From: Candidatus Bathyarchaeota archaeon ex4484_135
GTDB taxonomy: Archaea > Thermoproteota > Bathyarchaeia > EX4484-135
Direction: 5' to 3'
Assembly: GCA_002255025.1 (NCBI GenBank)
Contig: NJEJ01000003.1
Coordinates: forward strand, 3,132 to 27,131
Length of the DNA stretch: 24,000 nucleotides
The stretch's first letter is position 1. The number at the start of each line of letters is the position of its first letter. Below the pieces are notes generated by a model. It worked only from the letters and a program-made list of their open reading frames with translations, was not told the origin of the DNA and searched no databases. The translations under genes and the position numbers were made by a program. Shown piece after piece: positions 15,499-21,682 of this stretch.

Positions 15499-16415
15499 GG
15501 GGATATGCTTTGGTCGAAAAAGAAGTCCTCCGTTCTAAGTTCGTGGGCAGCCTCCTCGGGACGGCGGTAGGCGATTCCCTAGGAGCCGGTAGATGGCTCA
15601 GGTCTGCTGGCCGTGAGCTATCGCCTTTCTACACGGACGACACCCACATGACCATAGGCGTGGCTGAATCGCTGGTGGATAAGAAGGGCTTCGATAAGGA
15701 CCACATGCTCGAGACCCTCGTGAGGAACTGGGAGCGTGAGCCTTGGAGGGGCTACGGCCCTGGCCCGCCCAGGATATTCGCGGCCTACAGGCGTGGCGAG
15801 GACCCATATGAGGTCGCGAGGAACCTCTACCCTGGCGGCTCCTACGGGAACGGAGCTGCCATGAGGGTCGCCCCAATAGCCTGCTTCTACTATGATGACT
15901 TAGACAGGTTAAAGGAGGTCGTTTATGAGGCGAGCAGCATAACACATGCCCATCCGCTTGGGAAGGAAGGGGCCTTCCTGCAGGCCTCGGCCATAGCCCT
16001 GGCCGTAAGGACCGAGCCGGGCCATCTGGACCCGTTTGATTTCGTTGAACAGCTCAGGGCCCTGATGGAGCATGACGTATATGTGAGGAAGCTAAATATC
16101 ATAAGGCGTTTCCTGAGTTCACGACCAACTAAATCCCAAGTCATAAGGGAGCTGGGGAACTCGGTTGAGGCCTTCAACTCGGTCCCGACAGCCATATACG
16201 CCTTCCTGGCTCACGACCAATTCGAATCAGCTCTTAGGTACGCGGTCAGCTTAGGAGGTGATTCGGACACGATAAGTGCTATGACGGGGGCCATAGCTGG
16301 TGCTTATCACGGCCGGGAGGCCATACCGGACCGTTGGCTGGCCGAATTGGAGAACAAAGATTACATAGAACATTTGGCTGTGAGGTTATGGAAGATTAAG
16401 GTAAAATGTCTTTAG
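15492..16415 (+). CDS. ADP-ribosylglycohydrolase (ARH/DraG) family protein
   Basis: 307 aa. Family motifs GSLLGTAVGDSLG, TDDTHMT, GNGAAMRVAP and GGDSDTISAMTGAIAGAYHG. The GTG start overlaps the aminotransferase stop by 7 nt. Confidence 0.85.
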   Translation: MLRGYALVEKEVLRSKFVGSLLGTAVGDSLGAGRWLRSAGRELSPFYTDDTHMTIGVAESLVDKKGFDKDHMLETLVRNWEREPWRGYGPGPPRIFAAYRRGEDPYEVARNLYPGGSYGNGAAMRVAPIACFYYDDLDRLKEVVYEASSITHAHPLGKEGAFLQASAIALAVRTEPGHLDPFDFVEQLRALMEHDVYVRKLNIIRRFLSSRPTKSQVIRELGNSVEAFNSVPTAIYAFLAHDQFESALRYAVSLGGDSDTISAMTGAIAGAYHGREAIPDRWLAELENKDYIEHLAVRLWKIKVKCL

Positions 16416-16430
16416 GCCTGGGAGGGGCCG

Positions 16431-17690
16431 TCAGGTAAGCCCTTCTTGGGTCAGTATCTCCCGCACTATGGATCTCTGGACGGCGAGCCTTATCTTCTTC
16501 GTCCTGCCGTACCGGCCCATGTTGACCAACTGGGCGTTCAACAGCCCCATCATATCTAGCTCGTTTATGATGCTGCTTATCCTCCTCTGCGTCAGAGGCG
16601 TCAGCCCCATCCGGCTGCAGATGGCCGAGTAGGCAGCGTATATCTCGCCAGTTATGACTGAGCTGACCTTCTTAGTCTTCTCGTAGACGGCCAGGAGGAT
16701 TAGCTTGGCGTGGAGCGGGAGGCTCCTGATGGCCTCCACGATCCGGTCATATTCTATGCATTTGACGGCCTTCCTTACGTGTTCTACCTCGACCTTGCGG
16801 GCTCCCTCACGCTCGGCTATCTCCCCTGCCACACGGAGCAGGTCCAGTGCTCTACGGGCATCGCCATGCTCCTGGGCCGAGAGAGCTGCACAGAGCCCAA
16901 TCACGGCTTCTGAAACGGCCCCATCAACGAAGGCTTCCCGGGCCCGGTCCCACAATATGTCCCTGAGCTGGGAGGCGTTGTAGGGCTTGAAGACCATTTC
17001 TTCCTCGCTGAGAGAGCTCAGGACCCTTGGATCTAGATGTTCCTTGAATGTGAGGTCGTTTGAGATACCTATTAGACATATCTTGGAGCCCTTCAGCTCT
17101 GGATTCAGGCGTGTCAGCTCGTACAACAAGGCATCGCCATGTGCCTTCACGAGTACGTCAACTTCATCGAGCATTATTATGAAGACGAACTCACGACCAA
17201 TCAAGGCCTTCTTGAAACGCTCTAGGACTTCTGCCTTCGCAAGGCCCGTGAAAGGCACCTTGACGCCCAGGGCCTCGCACAGGGAGGCCAGGATGCGGTA
17301 CTCCGTCCCGGCCATGCGGCAGTTGATGTAGCAGGCCACGACCGGTGCTCCTATCTGCCTTGCCTTGGCCGTGAGTTTGTCGAGCACGTACCTGGCAACT
17401 GCTGTCTTGCCAGTGCCGGTCTTACCGTATATGAAGACGTTAGAGCACTTCTGGCCCTTTAGGGCTGGTGCTAGTATGGATGCCAGAGTCCTGATTTCTT
17501 CCTCACGGTGCGGTAGCTTCTCCGGGACGTAATCGTGCCTTAGGACATCCCTGTTCTTGAATATAGTGTTCCCCTTCAAGAATTGGTCGAAAACCTCATC
17601 AACAGGGGACCTTACCTCAGGCTCGAGATCCTCGACACCCGCACCCCCCTGTTTCCACTGGAGAACCTGCGGCAATACTGAAACATCCAT
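16431..17690 (-). CDS. cdc6: Orc1/Cdc6 replication initiator
   Basis: AAA+ Walker A GKTGTGKT and Walker B IIMLDEVD. N-terminal IFKNRDVLRHDYVPEKLPHREEE and a C-terminal winged helix. The longest ORF reaches 17816, but ATG 17690 (MDVSVL...) gives a normal length. The start remains uncertain because an ORB element lies at 17636-17665. Confidence 0.9.
   Translation of the reverse strand: MDVSVLPQVLQWKQGGAGVEDLEPEVRSPVDEVFDQFLKGNTIFKNRDVLRHDYVPEKLPHREEEIRTLASILAPALKGQKCSNVFIYGKTGTGKTAVARYVLDKLTAKARQIGAPVVACYINCRMAGTEYRILASLCEALGVKVPFTGLAKAEVLERFKKALIGREFVFIIMLDEVDVLVKAHGDALLYELTRLNPELKGSKICLIGISNDLTFKEHLDPRVLSSLSEEEMVFKPYNASQLRDILWDRAREAFVDGAVSEAVIGLCAALSAQEHGDARRALDLLRVAGEIAEREGARKVEVEHVRKAVKCIEYDRIVEAIRSLPLHAKLILLAVYEKTKKVSSVITGEIYAAYSAICSRMGLTPLTQRRISSIINELDMMGLLNAQLVNMGRYGRTKKIRLAVQRSIVREILTQEGLT
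17636..17665 (-). promoter_or_regulatory. Origin recognition box ORB-A
   Basis: The minus strand reads TCTCCAGTGGAAACAGGGGGGTGCGGGTGT. This is the TCCAGTGGAAA dyad core plus a downstream G-string (GGGGT), as in described archaeal ORB elements. Confidence 0.7.
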
Positions 17691-17837
17691 GGTTCCTTGG
17701 TTTTTGAACAAGGAACAGTCCCCTCCCTGCGTGCTAGGCTGCATGCCAGAGTTCTTAAGCAGTTTTGTCGAGTTTTCTCGACTACCAGCCGACCATATGA
17801 CGCAGTTCTTCTCCACCTAAGCTCTGATGACTATGGC

Positions 17838-17849
17838 TTGGTCGAATGG
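17838..17849 (+). repeat. TTGGTCGAATGG motif copy (function unknown)
   Basis: This 12-mer is identical to 18076-18087. It abuts ORB-B and is intergenic. Confidence 0.9.
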
Positions 17850-17850
17850 T

Positions 17851-17881
17851 CCTCCAGTGGAAGCCGAGGGGTAGAGGGGGG
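17851..17881 (+). promoter_or_regulatory. Origin recognition box ORB-B
   Basis: CCTCCAGTGGAAGCCGAGGGGTAGAGGGGGG. It has the same core CTCCAGTGGAA (17852-17862) and GGGGT (17868-17872). Confidence 0.75.
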
Positions 17882-17952
17882 CACGTACCGGCTTTAAGCG
17901 TGCATGTTGAGGAGGCAGGTCCTATTGTGAACCTGTTTTTAATCGGGTGTGG

Positions 17953-17986
17953 GATCCCCCCAACCCCTTCCCTTCCACTGGAGGAG
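17953..17986 (-). promoter_or_regulatory. Origin recognition box ORB-C
   Basis: The minus strand reads CCTCCTCCAGTGGAAGGGAAGGGGTTGGGGGGAT. It is inverted relative to ORB-B, with the G-strings of the two boxes facing each other across ~70 bp. Confidence 0.75.
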
Positions 17987-18075
17987 GTCAATTCACTATT
18001 CGGCTGAGCTGATATTGGGGCCCTTGACTTCATGGTGAAGCCTGTGAAGACCAAAACACTGGAAAAATAAGTCCT

Positions 18076-18087
18076 TTGGTCGAATGG
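18076..18087 (+). repeat. TTGGTCGAATGG motif copy (function unknown)
   Basis: This 12-mer is identical to 17838-17849. It is intergenic, ~90 nt upstream of the wHTH ORF. Confidence 0.9.
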
Positions 18088-18175
18088 CCTTCTTTTCCAA
18101 GGCTCTAACTTCACAACCTTCACAGAAAGCCTTTAGAGCTTGTGAACCTGTCGAAGTAGTGAAGGGGCCGGCCCC

Positions 18176-18589
18176 ATGCCGCCTAGGAAACTCAGGATAG
18201 AGGTCTACGACTGGGAAGGTACCAAGTACGTCTTGAGCGTGGAGGGCAGGCTCACGAGGGAGAAGATAGCCTTCCTCCTAGAGATGGTAGAGAGGATGGG
18301 TGCCGTGCCCGAGGAGGAACTGGTCCTCAGGCCTCTCCCAGCCGAGATGACGCTTTACGAGAAGCTACAGCTCGTCATAGAGCGTTACTTCTCGGGCACT
18401 TGGTTCACGACCAGGGACGTGAAGGAAGCATATGAACAGGAATTCGGTGAGCCCATAAAGCTCAGCACTGTCTCGACCTACCTGGCTAGGATGGCCGAGA
18501 GAGGCATGCTCGTGAGGGCTGGCCCAGCTTCGGCCAGACGTTATAGGCTCAGGGCTGAGGTAGCCCGGCCTCTACCTGGCCCGTACTGA
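18176..18589 (+). CDS. Small origin-adjacent protein with a C-terminal winged helix-turn-helix domain
   Basis: 137 aa. The C-terminal half FTTRDVKEAYEQEFGEPIKLSTVSTYLARMAERGMLVRAGPASARRYRL fits a wHTH pattern (helix, recognition helix, beta wing). The N-terminal ~70 aa is not recognisable. Coding-like composition, with no strong competing ORF. Confidence 0.55.
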   Translation: MPPRKLRIEVYDWEGTKYVLSVEGRLTREKIAFLLEMVERMGAVPEEELVLRPLPAEMTLYEKLQLVIERYFSGTWFTTRDVKEAYEQEFGEPIKLSTVSTYLARMAERGMLVRAGPASARRYRLRAEVARPLPGPY

Positions 18590-18609
18590 AAGGACCTCAG
18601 AGGACATGT

Positions 18610-18625
18610 GAATTGGTCGAATACC
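18610..18625 (+). repeat. GAATTGGTCGAATACC motif copy (function unknown)
   Basis: Intergenic, 21 nt after the wHTH ORF stop. It is 15/16 identical to GAATTGGTCGAAAACC at 17580-17595. Confidence 0.9.
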
Positions 18626-18691
18626 CCATAACTAAGGCCTCCTAGGCCCCCTATATAGGCTCGGGCTCACGACCAATTACCTTCTGGCAGC

Positions 18692-18699
18692 TATTATAA
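18692..18699 (+). promoter_or_regulatory. TATA box (TATTATAA) of gcvPA
   Basis: Lies 28-35 nt upstream of the in-frame GTG at 18727 and only 16-23 nt upstream of the TTG at 18715. This favours 18727 as a near-leaderless start. Confidence 0.45.
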
Positions 18700-18726
18700 G
18701 CCCGAGATAGCCGTTTGTGGTGCAGG

Positions 18727-20124
18727 GTGCTCAGGTTGACGCCAGCACACCCCTACATACCTAACTCGGCCGAGAGCTCCAAACGCAAGCTCGTGGATTT
18801 CCTAGGCATATCAGACCCAGAGGAACTCTACTCGGATGTGCCCGAGGTCGTGAAACTGGATAGGCCCCTTGAGGTCCTGGGCCCACTGCCCGAGCAAGAA
18901 ATACTCAAGCGTATCAAGGAGAAGCTATCAAGCGTTAAAACGGCTTTAGACATGCCTGTTTTCCTAGGGGCAGGTTGTTGGCCCCATTACGTCCCGGCCG
19001 TGGTGGATTTCATATTAGCTCGGACGGAGTTCTACACGTCTTACACGCCCTACCAGCCGGAGATAAGCCAGGGGATGCTCCAGGCCCTCTGGGAATACCA
19101 GAGCATGGTATGTGAACTCACGGGCATGGAGGTAACTAACTGCTCCATGTACGATTGGGCTTCTGCCCTCGGGGAGGCAGCCCGCATGGCCGTCCGGATA
19201 ACGGGCCGAAAACGCGTGCTCGTCCCGAAGATAATACACCCTGAGAGGCTCGAGGTCCTCAAGGCCTACACGGAGCCAGCGGGCATAACGGTCGAGCAGG
19301 TCCCCTACGAGCCCGAGACAGGCCAGATGGACTTAGAGGCCCTCAAGGCCAGGATGGGCTCAGATGTGGCAGCTGTCTACGTGGAGAACCCGTCATACCT
19401 GGGATTCATAGAGACGCGTGTGAAGGCCATAGGGGAGATAGCTCACGACCGAGGTGCCCTATACGTGGTCGGCGTTGACCCGATATCGCTCGGCATCCTC
19501 GAGGCACCAGGCAACTACGGGGCTGACATAGTGGTCGGGGAAGGGCAACCGCTCGGGAACCACATGAACTTCGGCGGCCCCCTCTTGGGCATACTGGCCT
19601 GTAGGGCCGAGAGGCGTTTCATATGGCAGATGCCTGGCCGCATAATAGGCCTGACGGTCGATTCCGAGGGCAGGAAGGCCTTCTGCATGGCTTTACAGGC
19701 CAGGGAGCAGCACATAAGGCGTGAGAGAGCCTCCAGCAACATATGCACGAACGAAGCCCTCTGTGCCGTGGCAGCTGCGGTCTACCTAGCCCTCCTGGGC
19801 CCAAAGGGCCTGAGGGAGCTCTGCGAGACCATAATCTACAGGTCCCATTATGCCATGAAACGCTTGAACGAGCTCCCGGGCGTAAAGGCCCCGTTGTTCA
19901 AGGCCCCCCACTTCAAGGAGTTCGTGGTCAACTACAACGGCACCGGCCTCACGGCCAAAGCCATCCACGAGGGCCTCTTAAAGGCCGGCATCCACGGCGG
20001 CAAGCTCTTAGCGGGCGAGTTCCCAGAGCTAGGCCAATCGGCCCTATACTGCATCACAGAGCTCCACACAAAGGAGGACATAGATCGGTTGGCCGAGGCC
20101 CTAAGGGGTCTTTTGGAGAGGTGA
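18727..20124 (+). CDS. gcvPA: Glycine dehydrogenase (decarboxylating) subunit 1 (P-protein alpha)
   Basis: Begins ...HPYIPNS, with blocks FLGAGCWPHYVP, YTPYQPEISQG and NICTNEALCA typical of GcvPA. The ORF opens at TTG 18715, so the start could be 18715, 18727 or 18736. Confidence 0.9.
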   Translation: MLRLTPAHPYIPNSAESSKRKLVDFLGISDPEELYSDVPEVVKLDRPLEVLGPLPEQEILKRIKEKLSSVKTALDMPVFLGAGCWPHYVPAVVDFILARTEFYTSYTPYQPEISQGMLQALWEYQSMVCELTGMEVTNCSMYDWASALGEAARMAVRITGRKRVLVPKIIHPERLEVLKAYTEPAGITVEQVPYEPETGQMDLEALKARMGSDVAAVYVENPSYLGFIETRVKAIGEIAHDRGALYVVGVDPISLGILEAPGNYGADIVVGEGQPLGNHMNFGGPLLGILACRAERRFIWQMPGRIIGLTVDSEGRKAFCMALQAREQHIRRERASSNICTNEALCAVAAAVYLALLGPKGLRELCETIIYRSHYAMKRLNELPGVKAPLFKAPHFKEFVVNYNGTGLTAKAIHEGLLKAGIHGGKLLAGEFPELGQSALYCITELHTKEDIDRLAEALRGLLER

Positions 20125-21675
20125 TTGGTCGTGAGCCAGCCATCATTTAGACAGGCGAGGTGGGACGAACCCATAATCTTCGAGCTAGGGGCACCCGGGC
20201 GGAGGGGCCACATACCGCCGAGGCCCGAGCCAGAGGTCGTGGAAGCCGTCGGGCCCATAGAGGACCTGCTGCCCGAGGAGCTTGTCCGCAAGGAACCGCC
20301 CCGGTTGCCCGAGATGTCCGAGCCAGAAGTCGTGAGGCACTTCGTGAGGCTATCACAGATGAACTACTGCCCCGACGTAGGCCTCTACCCGCTCGGGAGC
20401 TGCACCATGAAGTACAACCCGAAGATATGCGACCTCGTGGCCAGCACGGACCAAGTAAGGTGGGCCCACCCTTATCAGGACGAGAGGACCGTCCAGGGCC
20501 TACTGGCCATCCTATATGAGCTGAAGAAGTGGTTGGCCGAGATAACGGGCACACACGAGGTCTCCCTCCTGCCAGCGGCCGGTGCCCACGGTGAGTTCCT
20601 GGGCTGCCTCATCATAAGGGCCTACCACAAGCGTAAGGGCCAGCTAGTCGAGAGGCGGGAGATGATAGTGCCTGATAGTGCTCACGGCACCAACCCAGCT
20701 AGTGCGGCCATGGCCGGCTTCAAGGTCATAACAATCCCCTCCGGCCCAGACGGCTGTGTTGACGTAGAGGCCCTGAAGGCAGCCGTCTCGAAGAGGACAG
20801 CTGGCCTTATGCTGACGAACCCGAACACCCTCGGCATCTTCGAGTCCAAGATAAAAGAGATAGCGGAGATAATACACGATGCAGGCGGCCTCCTATATTA
20901 CGATGGAGCCAACTTGAACGCCATATTGGGCAAGTCGAGGCCGGGCGATATGGGCTTCGATATAGTGCACATAAACATCCATAAGACCTTCGGGACCCCA
21001 CATGGCGGTGGGGGGCCTGGCTCAGGCCCGATAGGCGTCGTGGAAGAGCTAGAGCCCTTCCTGCCCGTCCCCAGGATAGAATACGATGGCGAACGCTACT
21101 GCCTGAACTGGGATAAGCCGCTGGCGGTGGCAAAGATAAGGGCCTTCTTGGGCAACGTGGCCGTCCTAGTGAGGGCCTACGCCTACATCTTGGCCCTGGG
21201 CCCCGAGGGCCTTAAGGAGGCGGCGGAGGTATCCGTCCTGAACTCCAACTACCTGCTGAAGAAGTTGGCATCCTTGGAGGGCATAGAGGTCCCCTACGGG
21301 CCAGACAGGCCCAGGAAGCACGAGTTCGTGGTAAGCCTCAAGCCCCTAGAGCGTTCCACGGGCGTCAGAGCCTTGAACGTGGCCAAGAGGCTGCTTGACC
21401 ACGGCTACCACGCACCAACCATATACTTCCCACCCATAGTAGATGAGGCCTTCATGGTAGAGCCGACTGAGTCCTTCGGCGTAGAGGACCTAGATGGCTT
21501 CGCAGAGGCCATGCGGGCCATATTAGAAGAGGCTCGAGCGGAGCCCGAGAAGGTCCTTAAGGCCCCTTACAACACGGCCGTCGGCCGCGTGGACGAGGTA
21601 AGGGCATCGCACCCGAAGACCATGGTCCTGAGCTGGCGTATGCTGAAGGAGAGGGAAGGTTTATCAAGGGCGTAG
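20125..21675 (+). CDS. gcvPB: Glycine dehydrogenase (decarboxylating) subunit 2 (P-protein beta)
   Basis: 516 aa. Blocks YPLGSCTMKYNP, PDSAHGTNPASA and the PLP-lysine context NIHKTFGTPHGGGGPG. The TTG start directly abuts the gcvPA stop. Confidence 0.9.
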   Translation: MVVSQPSFRQARWDEPIIFELGAPGRRGHIPPRPEPEVVEAVGPIEDLLPEELVRKEPPRLPEMSEPEVVRHFVRLSQMNYCPDVGLYPLGSCTMKYNPKICDLVASTDQVRWAHPYQDERTVQGLLAILYELKKWLAEITGTHEVSLLPAAGAHGEFLGCLIIRAYHKRKGQLVERREMIVPDSAHGTNPASAAMAGFKVITIPSGPDGCVDVEALKAAVSKRTAGLMLTNPNTLGIFESKIKEIAEIIHDAGGLLYYDGANLNAILGKSRPGDMGFDIVHINIHKTFGTPHGGGGPGSGPIGVVEELEPFLPVPRIEYDGERYCLNWDKPLAVAKIRAFLGNVAVLVRAYAYILALGPEGLKEAAEVSVLNSNYLLKKLASLEGIEVPYGPDRPRKHEFVVSLKPLERSTGVRALNVAKRLLDHGYHAPTIYFPPIVDEAFMVEPTESFGVEDLDGFAEAMRAILEEARAEPEKVLKAPYNTAVGRVDEVRASHPKTMVLSWRMLKEREGLSRA

Positions 21676-21682
21676 CCGTCAA

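Larger units (their letters stand above)
17636..18175. other. Probable chromosomal replication origin (oriC) region
   Basis: A long non-coding gap next to orc1/cdc6 containing three ORB elements in mixed orientation, a moderately A/T-enriched spacer between ORB-B and ORB-C (about 49% A+T by hand count), and extra short repeats. Confidence 0.7.

Noticed and set aside
17691-17816. 42-codon N-terminal extension of Orc1/Cdc6 in the longest ORF
   Set aside because: It would add a non-conserved, atypical leader (MEKNCVIWSAGSRENS...) and extend the gene into the origin region. Cdc6 proteins normally start shortly before the IFKNR...LPHRE block.
17824-17830. CTGATGA (box C-like) upstream of ORB-B as the start of a C/D sRNA
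   Set aside because: No matching CUGA D box or C'/D' boxes lie at appropriate spacing downstream.
18050-18105. Mini-ORB-like half sites (AACACTGGAAAAA at ~18053-18065; TTTTCCAAGG at ~18093-18102)
   Set aside because: They match the ORB core over only 6-7 nt and have no G-string. That is too weak to call without comparative data.
17782-18123. 113-aa minus-strand ORF spanning ORB-B and ORB-C
   Set aside because: It reads straight through the ORB repeats and G-strings. It has no recognisable motifs and no promoter or SD context, so it is more parsimoniously non-coding origin DNA.
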